NCBI RefSeq assembly: GCF_006345805.1
Contig: NC_043000.1
Location: forward strand, 156,178,001-156,242,000
Reading direction: 5' to 3'
DNA length: 64,000 nt
From: Octopus sinensis
Taxonomy: Eukaryota
Shown: positions 24,218 through 37,644 of the stretch, piece after piece
Layout of the letters: each line of letters starts with the position of its first letter
Position numbering within the stretch: the stretch's first letter is position 1
Translations under genes and position numbers: made by a program
Notes under the pieces: generated by a model
The model's input: only the letters and a program-made list of their open reading frames with translations
Databases searched by the model: none
What the model was told of the DNA's origin: nothing

Positions 24218-24788
24218 TGAATTACGGAGACACAAACAAACCAACACCAATTGTCAAGCAGATGCTGACCAGCCTCACATGAGTAGACCCACCAACAAAA
24301 ATGGGCCCCACCGTAACTATCACTGTTTTTTTGTTGATCGAGTGTTACTAAATCTAATCTACCATTTTTTTTTCTTTTAAAATGGCTGTATTTAAGGGGA
24401 TTTGGTTGATATTTCTAGCATGGAGGTCCCTTTGTTGACTTGTAAAAACCCAGGTTAATGAGAGTATGTGATCAAAAACCTACATCTTCATGATCTTAAT
24501 TATCTCTAAAGTAGTTGTTGTTGATTAACCCCAGATTACCCTTGACTAATTAGGCCTATAATCAAAGGCATTTCAGCCATGATTAACTAATGTGCTCATG
24601 CTTTGTAAGATTGTAGAAGTGTCATTTGGAGGAGATTTGGTCACCATTTCTAACAGGCTTAGCAACCATGTAGAGGTCTTTGTTGGGAATGTTATGATGA
24701 TGTAACAAAATGCAATTGCAATTAACTGTGTCATCAACACGTGTGTGTTTTTACTAATTATGAAAATAATTAAAAATTTGAAACAATA

Positions 24789-24954
24789 GGTGCTGGAGTT
24801 GCTGTGTGGTAAGTAGTTTGTATGCCAGCCACATGGTTCCAGGTTCAGTTCCAGTGCATAGTACCTTGGGCAAGTGTTTTCCACTATAACCTCGGGCTGA
24901 CCAAAGCCTTGTGAGTGGATTTGGCAGACAGAAACTGAAAGAAGCCTGTCGTGT

Positions 24955-24986
<32 letters not shown>

Positions 24987-25192
24987 GTGTCTGTGTTTGT
25001 CCATGCACCCCCCACCATCGTTTGACAGCCAATGTTGGTGTGTTTACATCCCCGTAACTTTGCAGTTCAGCAAAAGGTGACTGATAGAGTAAGTACTGAG
25101 CTTACAAAGAATAAGTCCTGGGGTTGATCTGTTCGAGACTAAGGGTGCTGCTCCAGCATGGCTGCAGTCAAATGACTGAAACAAATAAAAGA
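24789..25192 (+). mobile_element. SINE family A
   Basis: Older full-length homolog. Confidence 0.85.
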
Positions 25193-25230
25193 ATTTCATC
25201 AAAATCCATTAAGATGGTATTTGAATCATG

Positions 25231-25925
25231 GTGAAGGTGCATGGCTCAGTGGTTAGAGCATTGGAGGTAGTCAGTTCGATTCCTGGACCAGGCTGCATGT
25301 TGTGCTGTTGTTGAGCAAGACCCTTTGTTTCATGTAGCTCCAGTTCACTCATCTGTCGAAATGAGTTGCAATATCATACTCTTTACTCTTTTACTTGTTT
25401 CAGTCATTTGATTGCGGCCATGCTGGAGCACCGCCTTTAGTCGAGCAACTCGACCCCGGGACTTATTCTTTTGTAAGCCCAGTACTTATTTTATCGGTCT
25501 CTTTTGCCGAACTGCTAAGTGACAGGGACGTAAACACGCCAGCATCGGTTGTCAAGCAATGCTAGGGGGACAAACACATACATATATATATATATACGAC
25601 AGACTTCTTTCAGTTTCCGTCTACCAAATCCACTCACAAGGCATTGGTCGGCCCGGGGCTATAGCAGAAGACACTTGCCCAAGATGCCACGCAGTGGGAC
25701 TGAACCCGGAACAATATGGTTGGTTAGCAAGCTACTTACCACACAGCCACTCCTGCGCCTATCATGTTTACCTTTCCCTTGGATAACACTAGTGGCATGG
25801 AGAGGGGAGGCTGGTATGCATGGGCGACTGCTGGTCTTTCATAAACAACCTTGCCCAGACTTGTACCTCAGAGGGGAACTTTCTGCGTGCAATCCCATGG
25901 TCATTAATGACCGAAGGGAGTCTTA
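25231..25925 (+). mobile_element. SINE family D split by an inverted family A SINE (25378-25760)
   Basis: D head at 25231-25377 and D tail at 25761-25925. Confidence 0.75.
25378..25760 (-). mobile_element. SINE family A nested in family D
   Basis: Full-length homolog. Confidence 0.88.
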
Positions 25926-26736
25926 ACCTTTTATTTGAAGCATAACCTAAACAGGGTCTTACCTAAAATTATACTAGTAAGTTTTTAATTTAAGTAATAA
26001 ACACTTTAAAACAAGAAGTTTTTCTATCAAAGAGCCAGAGGTAGCTTCAGACAAACTGGTATCTCCATCACCATCCTCATCATCTGATCAAGCTTGCTCA
26101 AACATTTTTAACCCATACATGCCATCTTGGTCCTGCATTAAGCAGAGGAAGGTCTTCAAAGAGACATCTAGTGTCTCTGATAAGTTGATCTACATATGTT
26201 GGTACAAGAAAGGTTAATTATAATTAAGGTCGCATAACCAGCCCATTTAAGAGTACCCTTCAGTCATTGGGCAATATTCTGTGCTTGAGAAGACCTGTTG
26301 AATCAAATGAAATCATTGTCGTGGCCAATGCCAGTACTGCCTGACTGGCACCTGTGCCAGGTGAAACGTAATAAATACCATTCAAGTGTGGTCGATGCCA
26401 GTCCCACCAAACTGGCTCCCATGCCAGTGGCACGTAAAAAGCACCATTTGAGCATGGTCAATGCCAGTACTGCCTGACTAGCCCCCCCATGCCAGTGGCA
26501 CATAAAAAGCACCCACTACACTCTCAGAGTGGTTGGCATGAGGAAAGGCATCCAACTGTAGAAACCCTGCCAGATTAGATTGGAGTCTGGTGCAGCCTCC
26601 TGGCTTGCCAGTCCTCAGTCAAACCGTCCAACCCATGCCCACATGGAAAGCAGGCGTTAAATGATGATGATAAGTTTAGATCTTGATCAGATTCTCCCAT
26701 TATTTTGGATTTCTAAGTGTATGTACGCATTCTCTT

Positions 26737-27134
26737 TTTCTCTTTTACTTGTTTCAGTCATTTGACTGCAGCCATGCTGGAGCACCACCTTTTTAGTCGA
26801 GCAAATCGACCCCAGGACTTATTCTTTGTAAGCCTAGTACTTATCCAATCGGTCTCTTTTGCCGAACCGCTAAGTAACGGGGACGTAAACACACCAGCAT
26901 CAGTTGTCAAGCGATGTTGGGGAGACAAACACAGACACACAAACACATATATATATATATACATATATACGAAGGGCTTCTTTCAGTTTCCGTCTACCAA
27001 ATCCACTCACAAGGCTTTGGTTGGCCTGAGGCTATAGTAGAAGACACTTGCCCAAGGTGCCACGCAGTGGGACTGAACCCGGAACTGTGTGGTTGGTAAG
27101 CAAGCTACTTACCACACAGCCACTCCTGCGCCTA
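26737..27134 (-). mobile_element. SINE family A
   Basis: Full-length homolog. Confidence 0.9.
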
Positions 27135-28039
27135 TATGCATGTATGTATGTATGTCAACAAGCAGAGGTTTGATGATGAGTTTGTAGAAACCTGATAGTG
27201 TATGTTTCATTACCAACAAAGATGGTTTTTCTCAAAACACAACCAAATAAGTACGCTTACTTATATGTGGCTGCCCAGCCTTCTAGAAGTAGCAGCAAAA
27301 TCTCTCTCAAACGACATCCAGCCATCTTTAAAAATGGACACATTGACTAATGTTGTCCAGGGTTCACTAAACCTGACAAAGCAAATGACAATATGGTCAT
27401 GGCTGGACTGTCTTTCATCAAAGGTCTTCACCATCAAGATTACCTGGAGATAAAATAGTGACAATATAACTCTTTTTAAAGTTGGTAGTGTACATCTGAG
27501 GAAATTTGGCTGAGTTTGGTTAACAAAATGCTGGACACAAAGAAAGAATAAATTAATTTATTGGACAGAAAGACTCAAATATGAAGGAAGAGATTATAGT
27601 TGATTTAAATCAACCCAAATTCTTTACCAACTCTGGAGGGATGAAACGCAAAGTTGACCTTGGCAGAATTTGAACTCAGAGCATAAAAGCCCATAACTAA
27701 ATACCATACGTCACTTTGTCCAACACTAATGATCTGTCACCTTTAATTATTTTGATTGTTGCTTTTAATTATTGCAATTCTATTGAGTACAATGTGTTAA
27801 ATTGGAGACGTAATTATATGTAAATGCATATCTAATGAGAGTAAAGAAAGGATAGAAATTAATTAAATTACAAGAATTAAATAACAAGAAATAATGAATG
27901 AAGGCCATCATTTTGAATATATCTTTGCTGCTTGCAGACATGCTTATATCAAAAATCAGTAGAGCAACCATGGTCTCAGAGACATTTTCTCACAATCAAA
28001 ATTGTCAAAGTTTGGAATGAATCATCTGTACCTACCATT

Positions 28040-28420
28040 CCTTTTCTACACGAGGTACAAGGCCCAAAATTTTTGGGGAGGGGCCAGTCGATTAGATCGA
28101 CCTCAGTACACAACTGATACTTAATTTATAGACCCTGAAAGGATGAAAGGCAAAGTCAACCTTGGCAGAATTTGAACTCAGAACATAAAGACAGACGAAA
28201 TACCTATTTCTTTACTACCCACAAGGGGCTAAACACAGAGAGGACAAACGGATTAAGTCGATTATATAGACCCCAGTGTGTAACTGGTACTTATTTAATC
28301 AACCCAAAAAGGATGAAAGGCAAAGTCGACCTTGGTGTACTTTGAACTCAGAACATAAAGACAGACGAAATACCACTAAGCATTTCGCCCGGCGTGCTAA
28401 TGTTTTTGGGCCAGCTCGCC
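28040..28420 (-). mobile_element. SINE family B with 2 units
   Basis: Reverse-complement units. Confidence 0.75.
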
Positions 28421-28944
28421 ACCTTATCTGTACCTACCATTTGCCACTGCATCCTTCAAAAGTTCTTCCTGAAATCCACCAACACTACAGTTGATGTTCC
28501 TATCCACTTTGTGGCTCTTTTACTGTTTGCTTTTCAATCATTTTGTGTTTATTCTATGCACAATGTATGGACTTCCAGCTATTATTGCTGTCTTCCTTTA
28601 GCTGACTGATTGCTGCTTTCTGTTCCCTCTTGTAACTTCCTTTTTGAATGAGTTATAGTATACCTGAGTACTGTGTACAATAAACTCCTAATTATTTTCA
28701 TTTAGACAGCAAACTAGCAGAATCATTAGCACATTGGGCAAAATGCCTGGAGATATTTCTTCAAGGTCTTCGTGTTTTGAGTTCAACTTCGTCTTTCAGG
28801 GTCCATAAAATGAAGTGCCAATCAAGTACTGGAATCAATGTAATTGAGTTCACCCTCCTCAAAATTACTGACCTTGCGCCAAAAGTGGAATTAATAATGT
28901 CATCTTTATATAGCTTATCAAAAAAAAAAACAAAAAAAACTCCA

Positions 28945-31701
28945 GATATCAGTAATTAAACATAACTTTTATTCAACATGGTAAATGCAATCATGAAATT
29001 TATGTTTTATATATACATACATATACATACATACATTTACATATATATACATATATATATATATATAGTGCATGTAGAGAGATAATACAGAAAATAACAT
29101 ACATAGATTAATTTCCATTCTGTTGACTTTCTGCCGCTGCCACTGTCAGCTTTAATACAGAGTAAATTTAGCTAAACTTATAAAATAGAATCCTTGTTTT
29201 ACTTTCAATGGACAACTGAATAAACATGATGATGATGTAGTAAAGATGTGCATCTGAATAATAGCTTCTGTTAACTACATACAATACAACCCTTTATTTT
29301 TCATTTTTCTCAGAGGAAAGGTTATACTTAAAAACTGAACTCAGGTTCATGTGTCAAAAGTAATCCTTATTTATTGAACTGAGTTTGAGTTAATCATGGA
29401 TTATCTCATAGCTTCAAGATTTCAATGATATGATTGTTTACTTCTAGAATGACACTGTAGGTAGGTGTGAGAGGCCATATCTGGCTGGTCTAAACATAAA
29501 ACAGGTGGGATATATGAGCCAGATATGAACACTTTAAATGCTTGTGTTAAAACTTCCATTCTGTATTATCTATGTATAATGATTTCTTACATTGGTATAT
29601 GGTTAGACAAATATCTAAAGAAGAAGGACAGTCAAGTATAGTCAAAAGAAGTGACCACAGTATGTAACTGGTACTTATCTCACAACTTCAGCCCAGAGGA
29701 ATACAAAAAATAGTCAATCCACGTAGCTTTAATCCATGTTCTGTTATTCCACCAATGTTGTATGTCTAACTAAAGATTTGTTTCAAGTGAATATTCCAAT
29801 ATATTACTGGTATTTATGTCAACAACCCTATAAGGAATTAAACTTCTAATGCAGGACTGTGAGACACTAAAATTGAACATGCTTCAATGAACATCCATGT
29901 CAACCTTGTTCGTTTATCTCACATAATGTGCGTACCACGAAAACAACAGTTTACAAACATTCGAAGACAGTTATAGTAATCATAGTGATAAGGATGAACA
30001 CAATGATGATGATGGTGATGGTGATGGTGATGGTAGATGTTGATAGTGATGATAAAACAGGACAACTGAAAGTTTAGGGAAATAGCTATAGTTTCAATAA
30101 ATTGTTTGATTTCTTTGCTGAGTAAGTTATTTCAAAAGTAAAACCACGATTGCTTTTCTGATTCAACTTGAGCGCTCAAACATGCTGTGATATTACTCAA
30201 CAGCTCTATTGGTGTGTTGTGCTTTTGATCAGCTTAACCCTTTCATTACCAACCCGGCCAAAACCTCCTCTGGCTCTCAGTACAAATGTCTTATTTTCAA
30301 AAAGTTTTCAATTAAAATCTTCCACCAAACCTTCGTCACAATTTATGTTCCTAACACTAGCTGAATGATAACTAAGTTATTTTACTAAATTCTTTGTTAT
30401 ATTTAAAATAATTGAAAGAAACACAGAGCATCTCAACAGAAATACAGTAACAAAAGGGTTAAACAGCATGTAATAGTGATGGTTAACTTTAATGACAAGT
30501 TCTTGGTCAGTTTTAATATTATGTAGCATACTAGGTGAACACTTAGTGACAAGTAGTGTTGCCAAACATTGTCAATACCAAACGATCACGGTGGGTAGCA
30601 TACTGTCCAGGTATTGCTGGGAATGTTTTAAATAACATGTTTGCAGGCAGCTTGAATGATGTGTGCTGTCTTTAGATAACTTCGATACAAGGAACGGTAT
30701 TAACTCCAGATGGAACCCACAGTTAATAGGAAGGTCATGTGGCAACTATCCAATGTTGGTTAAAGTTTATGAAACATCTATGTTAATGTAACGTGATAAC
30801 GGATCCGTGGAATAAGCTGCCAGACGAGATGGTGAAGATGTCGACGACTGCTCAGTTCAAAGTCTCCCTTGACCTCAAGTGGCCTGAACACTTTACATGA
30901 ACACCACCCTGTACATAACTCCATGTCCCCCTACATGGCCTTGCTTTTTGCTTTTTGAGCCAAAAAATTAACTAACTAACTTTGCTACAATAACATTACC
31001 TTTCAACATTATAGTACTACAATAATGTGGTGCCACCATTCAGGTATTAAGAAAAAATAGGTAATATCACTATCAACAAATTAAAATTTGTAGTACCAAC
31101 TACTATTGCACAATAAACATATTGTACCATTCATCAGTCAGTTTGAGCAACATGTATAATAACTCCAATCTACTATAACAAAGTGTAGTAGCAATATAAG
31201 ATAACTATGGCAATACTTAGTGCAGTATTGTTAGTGAGACTGATCAGAACACAGGACCTTAAAGCAACATATGTCCATCACAAAGTCCATATTAGAACCA
31301 TACATTAGTTGTTGGCCAGCAAACAGTTCTTTCTGTCCAAACAGGATCGGAACCAAGTTTCATTTCAAATCTTGATCAAGAATAGTGACAGCAAACCAGT
31401 TTTTTAGCCTAACATGTTGAAATTTTAAAGAAATTAAAACTCCTTTAATAATCCTGTTATTGGAATGTCACTTATACATATACATGTATCTTGGTTTTTA
31501 TGTAAAAGCTTACTTGTAAGCTTTTTATAACATGATATTGCAAGAGATTATTTTTCAAAGCTTCTTGTGTGTCAACTACTGACACATCATACCTCATACG
31601 TTCACAATCACTGATCTGGAGTATTTTCAAGTGTGTCCCCTTATATTACCCAGTTATCTCCCTTGCTATCGTAGCCGCCTTGAGAGAGGACAGTCCTAAC
31701 A
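28945..31701 (-). other. INTS7: Probable INTS7 3' UTR (~2.7 kb) with poly(A) signal at 28968-28973
   Basis: Largely SINE-free interval downstream of the stop. Minus-strand AATAAA at 28968-28973 is followed ~30 nt later by a U-rich tract (28919-28939). Alternative AATAAA at 29293 and 29370. Confidence 0.5.
30238..30458. mobile_element. piggyBac-type MITE (family 1) in the probable 3' UTR
   Basis: TTAA-CCCTTT...AAAGGG-TTAA. Confidence 0.8.
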
Positions 31702-31947
31702 CTAACTGGTTGTCCAAGACATGCTCCTCATCACCTGCTGCCGTTGCATGATGTCATCAAAGCACTTCACTGACATGGTGATACGGGGACCAGTCTTCCA
31801 AATAAGTCCATCAGTGTCAATAAGCAGAGCCTTGATTGTGAGGTTGTAGAATCCTGGCAATGGCAGGGCAATAAGGAAACTGGAGCTGAAGTAGTCATTC
31901 TGGGGTTCCAGGGTCTTACTCAGTTTCACAGGGGGCACATCTTGAAT
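31702..31947 (-). CDS. INTS7: INTS7 last coding exon IQDVPP...EPQNDYFSSSFL...WKTGPR...SWTTS-stop
   Basis: ttctttcag acceptor, TAG stop at 31702-31704. Matches EPHNDYFSTQFLL and VWKTGPR. Confidence 0.96.
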   Translation of the reverse strand: MQDVPPVKLSKTLEPQNDYFSSSFLIALPLPGFYNLTIKALLIDTDGLIWKTGPRITMSVKCFDDIMQRQQVMRSMSWTTS

Positions 31948-32280
31948 CTGAAAGAACAGAAGAATCTGATTAAAGTAAGATATAAAGCAAAGCTACAAAT
32001 ATTAATTCAGGGTCCTTGGTATTTACTTACCATGGTATAAAGTCAAGGACTGGGGTGACTATGTGATGGAGATTGAGTAAAACTTAGATGTGGATTTACC
32101 AATTGATTAAGTCAAGAGCTAAGGAAACTAGCAAAGGTTAATGTGGTTAAAACAAGGGTTGAAATAACTGAAAGTGTGAGTAAAACTGAAGTTTGTGATA
32201 GATGTTTAGCCCCAAATCAGCCTTGATATGACCATCAGATATTTTTTAAGGCATCGTAGCCTGGACAATATTATCCAATG

Positions 32281-32500
32281 CAGTGCTTTTCAACCTTTTT
32301 GCTGGAGCAGAACCCCAACAAAAACATTTCACTGGCTCGAGGAACCCCTGTGCAATAATTTAATTGTCTTTTGCACACATATCTGCACAGGAGAATTAAA
32401 AATTACTGCCGATTTTAGCAGTTTTGTAACTTCTTGCGGAACCCCTGGACTGTACTGGCGGAACCCTAAGGTTCCGTGGAACCCTGGTTGAAAACCACTG
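32281..32500. mobile_element. hAT-type MITE
   Basis: TIR CAGTG(C/G)TTTTCAACC, perfect 8-bp TSD ATCCAATG. Confidence 0.88.
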
Positions 32501-32806
32501 ATCCAATGGGTTCTTATATTAAGATGATAAAAGGTATTCAATGAAGAAGTCTACTTGGCAGTAAATAGATGCCAAGTAGTAGTAAGGTCAGAGTTGTAGA
32601 CATGTGTGAATACAGTATAACTAATGATTACTTTGTTAGCTTGTAGTACTGGGGTCAAACCCTGTAAATGGGTTACTGAAAAGAACCTGACATGATTAAT
32701 GAGGGATCAGAATAGTGGTGGATTTCTGACAAGAGACTTTGGCCAGGTTTTGATTGTTAGTTGTAGTCACTTCAATTGCAGAATGTATGTTTTAGGAGAA
32801 GGGAAT

Positions 32807-33992
32807 TGTTGTGGAAGGATTCCAACCACTCCACAAGTGGCTGAGTGTAGACTGACTCATTGTCATAAAGTAAAGAACTGTGAGTGATTGCCAGTTCATG
32901 TTGGTAGCAGTTCACTGTGAGCATTTGAATATAGAGCATTGAGTCTCATGTAATAGTAATAATAGTGGAGGCGCAATGGCCCAGTGGTTAGGGCAGCAGA
33001 CTCGCGGTCGTAGGATCGCGGTTTCGATTCCCAGACCGGGCGTTGTGAGTGTTTATTGAGCGAAAACACCTAAAAGCTCCACGAGGCTCCGGCAGGGGAT
33101 GGTGGTGATCCCTGCTGTACTCTTTCAACACAACTTTCTCTCACTCTTACTTCCTGTTTCTGTTGTACCTGTATTTCAAGGGGCTGGCCTTGTCACTCTC
33201 TGTGACACGCTGAATATCCCCGAGAACTACGTTAAGGGTACACGTGTCTGTGGAGTGCTCAGCCACTTACACGTTAATTTCACGAGCAGGCTGTTCCGTT
33301 GATCGGATCAATCGGAACCCTCGTCGTCGTAACCGACGGAGTGCTTCCAGTAATAATAGTAGTGTGTCATGTATATATTTTCTTCCTCCCTGATTCATTA
33401 CATTGTATATCCAATACAAAAACATAAAAGTGGCAATGAGTTGTTCGAAGCTTGCGTTGCACATTTAAAAAAAATTTTTTCCAGTACAAAACAAAAGAAA
33501 AAAATCATTTAACATGGAAAAACCTATTGGCCTCTGTGATGCAACAGCAACCACAGCAGCAGCAACCACAGCAGCAGCAACCACAGCAGCAGCAACCACA
33601 GCAGCAACAACAACAACAGCAAAACCAACAGTTGCTGGAATTAATGCAGAAGGAGTCTGAAAATACTCCAGGTTTGTACTCGCCAAACAGCGTAACAAAT
33701 TCAATTCCAGGAGTGGAACTCAATTCTCAAAAGGGAGAGAAGATAGGAGAGACTAATTCTGAAAAGGGGAGATGTTGTGGAAGGATCCTGACCACCCCGC
33801 AGTTGACTAAATGTGGACTGACTCATTGTTATAAAGTAAAGAACTGTGAGCAATTGCCAGTTCGTGTTGGTACCAGGTCACTGTGAGCCTTTGATATAGA
33901 ATGTTGAGTTTCGTGTAATAGTAATAATAGTACATCGTGTATATACTTTCTTCCCCACTGATTTGTTATATTATATATCCAACGATATAAAA
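32807..33992 (+). mobile_element. TRIM-like, internally deleted LTR element in the last INTS7 intron
   Basis: LTR1 32807-33429 (with a SINE insertion), LTR2 33773-33992, TSD GGAAT, PBS-like TGGCAATGAG at 33431, PPT AAAAGGGGAGA before LTR2, Q-rich gag-like stub. Confidence 0.75.
32967..33348 (+). mobile_element. tRNA-derived SINE family C inserted in LTR1 of the TRIM-like element
   Basis: TSD AGTAATAATAGT. Confidence 0.92.
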
Positions 33993-34441
33993 GGAATGAA
34001 TGCCACAGCTTCCATTTACTTTCTCTTAAAAACTTTTGGCATCATGAAAGAAAAGAAGAAAAACTCTTCATCTGACACACGGTTCATAGGGATGCTGTTA
34101 AGATTATAGCAAGTTATCCTGGTGAAGGAGAAGAACAATTCCACATAAGTTAGTTTAATTTCTGATTAATAAGCTGATTAATTTTTACTGTTTTATATGT
34201 AGTTTTTTTTTTTTATGGAAGCATGAGTAGAATAGTTTTTTATTTTTTATTGAAACAATTGCTTTTATAGCCTAGTGTAATGCCATTTTGATTGATGGCT
34301 TTCTACTTATTTGTGAAGTCCACTGAATAGAACTTGATATGCAAGTCATGCAACATGAGACATGAAACATAAAGTGGATTATGTTGTCTTAAAAGTATAC
34401 ACCATCTTAAAAAAAAAAAACACCTGGATCTTTTACACATA

Positions 34442-34963
34442 CCATAAATCCTCGAGTATAGTCCGCCCTTGAGTATAATACGCAGGGGATTTTTAGGGGG
34501 CTCTACTTCTGAAAAACCTAAACCTTGTGTATAATACGCACCCCTTCTCTAACTTGAGTTGTGCGTAATTAAGCCAGCAGCACTTAGTCAAACAAACACT
34601 TCCGCACATGTGTAATACAATAATGGTGATGTTCTTAACTGTTATATGGGAATGTAAATATGTTTGCAAATTGTGTTTGTTACATGTTATTCTGTGTTTT
34701 GAATACTTTTATTTTAATAAATGTTGCTTACTGCAAGTTATGGATGATTCTTTTATGACTTCATTGCTTTCAGGCTTAGCTTAAGGGATTTTCGTGCCCG
34801 ACATCACAAAATGCGTCTGAATAAACATTGCTGGACAGCAAATAGAGACTCAGACATTGCTTAGAAAATATTTTTCATTTTAAACCTCGTATATAATTTG
34901 CACTAGGGATTTTGACCTTTAGATTTTGGGAAAAAAATGCGGATTATATTCAAGGATTTATGG
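34442..34963. mobile_element. Tc1/mariner-pogo-type MITE
   Basis: ~25-bp imperfect TIR CCATAAATCCTCGAGTATAGTCCGC, TA on both sides. Confidence 0.8.
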
Positions 34964-35065
34964 TAGTCCAACACTTCAACCTTTTCTCCTTCCTCCACTC
35001 CAAATAAAAGGGAAAATAAATACAAAAACAGAAACGTCAACAACAAGTAACCAAAGAAACGGTAC

Positions 35066-35275
35066 CTTCTTTCCACTGGCGGCAAGTGTGGCAGCAGAGC
35101 CGTGGCTGTGACTGCGTAGAACAGATGTAACGTTGACCATGACAGCATGCACTTGCCTATAGAAGTCTGGTTGATTACCATGCTGGACAACACCTTCGAC
35201 TTTCAGTGTGAGTTGTGTGTCTTGCTGTAGCAACACTGGGTCAGTTGAGTTGTGTGGCTGAGGAGAGATAGCCAG
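35066..35275 (-). CDS. INTS7: INTS7 coding exon LAISPQPH...QLTLKVEGVVQHG...ASGKK
   Basis: cttcttcag acceptor, AAG|gtaccg donor, 210 nt. Matches LALSPSP...LALKVEGVVQHG. Confidence 0.96.
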
Positions 35276-35599
35276 CTGAAGAAGACAAAAAGAAAGAAAT
35301 AAAAATTACACTCAGCATTATAGGGGGTCCCCATCAAACCTCTACCACTAGACTACCAATATCATCAACACTACAACCTGGAGCACCAGCACCACCTATA
35401 TCGTTAGTCCTACCAATACCATCAGCACTACAAATATCTATACGGACATATTACTACTGATACCACAACCGGTGGCACCACTAATCATAACCACTACAAG
35501 CACCACCAATTCCGCTAACAATACAACCCTCTACCAGCATCACCTACACCACCATCACTGCCTCCAAGAAAAACTGAGTATAAGAAGAATTAACTGTAC

Positions 35600-35790
35600 T
35601 GAGATGTGCAAGAGAGGGCACTGTGCTGGTATGGACATATAATCCATATGAATGATGACAACTGGGTAAAGAAAGGTTAAGAGAGTCAAGTGGAAAGAAC
35701 CTGTGGAAGAGAAAGACGAAGGAAGAACTGGGCAGATGTGGTGATAGCAGATATCAAGATGCTGAATGTCATGAAGGGGATGTTAAAGGG
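35600..35790 (+). mobile_element. Decayed RTE-type LINE fragment
   Basis: LCWYGHIIHMNDDNWVKK..CGRERRRKNWADVV. Similar fragments at ~49330-49520 (+) and ~61990-62110 (-). Confidence 0.55.
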
Positions 35791-36303
35791 ATGAAACAAT
35801 GTCCTTCAGACAATGTACCAAACCCATACCAGTAAGAAAAAAGAGATGGGAAATATTGATGATGAAAAAAAAAAGGGCGAAAACTCTTTAACACTTTTCT
35901 ATAAGAACAACAAATATCAAAAAATATTTAACATGTTTGATTGGGTTACAAGGCCTCAAGGACTTTTTTTTGTATAAAGAAATAAAAATAGATACAGAGA
36001 ATGTAGAAAAAAAATTGGAGGAAAATAATGGTAAAACATCATACAAAAACACAAAAGAAAAGTGTTCAGTTAATTTATTAGCTTTCATTTTATGTAAATA
36101 AAGTGAAAATGAAGCAAGTTAGAGAAAGAAAAACAGAGTGACAGAGAGAGGAGAATAGATAGACATACTTGGATTGGATATGGAAAAGAAAGAAAGAAAG
36201 AAAGGAAGAAGGAAGGAAAGACGGAAATAAAGAAAGTAAAAGAAAGAAGGAGAGAAAGAAAGAAAGAGAGAGAGAGAGAAAGAAAGAAAGAAAGAATGCT
36301 TAC

Positions 36304-36402
36304 CTTAACTTGTGTTGTTTGTAATGTCTGGAAGAAATATCTGGGGTAACCAATGGAGGTCTGAATTAGCTGCTTGATGGAATTATACAGGAATGCTATG
36401 TG
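36304..36402 (-). CDS. INTS7: INTS7 coding exon HIAFLYNSIKQL...YPRYFFQTLQTTQVK
   Basis: (ct)n-cttcag acceptor, AAG|gtaagc donor, 99 nt. Matches FQRYFFQKLQSTSIK. Confidence 0.94.
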
Positions 36403-37644
36403 CTGAAGAGAGAGAGAGAGAAAAACCAAAAGGTGGGTCAACATACTTTTGTCAAGCTGACATGATTCAAGTCGGTGGGTTAAGAGAGTGGGTTAAGAGC
36501 TTGGCAGTGTGACATGGTGGTGGAGTTATGCTTGGGACCAAGTGGTGTGATAATGGAACTATGCTTAGAGTAGAGTGGTATACTGGTGGAGTTAGGGTTT
36601 AAGGAGAGAGGTATAATAGTGGTGTTAGTTCTTGGACATCATCATCATCGTTTGGCGGCCACTTTCCATGCTGGCATGGGTGGGTTGGACGGTGCAACTG
36701 GGGTCCGGGAAGCCAGAAGGCTGCACCAGGCCCCAGTCTGATCTGGCAATGTTTCTACAGCTGGATGCCCTTCCTAACGCCAACCACTCCATGAGTGTAG
36801 TGGGTGCTTTTTACGTGCCACCAGCACAGGTGCCAGACGAGGCTGGCAAACGGCCACGATCAGATGGTGCTTTTTACGTGCTACCGGCACAGAAGCCAGG
36901 CGAGGCTAGCAAACGGCCACGATCGGATGGTGCTTTTTATGTGTCACCGGCATGGAGGCCAGGCGAGGCTGGCAAACGGCCACGATCGGATGGTGCTTTT
37001 TACTTAAACTAGGCTTTGAACAGAGAAGTATATGGTGAATGTGGGTTTTGGACAGAGTGGTATGTTGGTGAAGTTAGTCATCAGATGGACTAGCAGAATG
37101 GTCATGGTAGGTTAAAAACAGTTTTTATCACTTAGTCTAAAGAAAGAGCAGTGCCATTAACCTATTTTTTAGGGCCACTGATACTAGTAGTGGAGGAAAG
37201 GAGAGAAGACAATATCCCCTAACTGGATACCTGACCCAAATGTTTGCAACTGAGCAGACTGTTAGAGGCACTCAAGCACAAGTTGGCTGTATTAAGCCTG
37301 GCAATGGATCAGGTCATGCTCTCATGGCAGGATTTGAACTTAAAAAACAAAAAAGCCAAAACAAAATTACGGCAAGACATCCTGTCTAATACATTAATGA
37401 CTCAACCAATCAATCATCCTAGACTTGTACTTAATTTATTAACACTCGAAACATAAAAAAGCAAACTTGACCTCAGCAGGATTTGAACTTGGAGCGCAGC
37501 AGGAACAAAAACTGTAAGGCATTTTGTCTGACACACTAATGGCTCTATGAATCTGCCACCTTATATAGAGGGTTAACATTTTTCTAAATGTTGGTAGTAG
37601 GTTGAATAAGTAACGAAGATTAGCTTGAGTTTAATATTTATATT

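Noticed and set aside
33452-33886. Poly-Q ORF as a host gene
   Set aside because: It lies between paired LTRs, runs into LTR2, and is explained as a gag stub.
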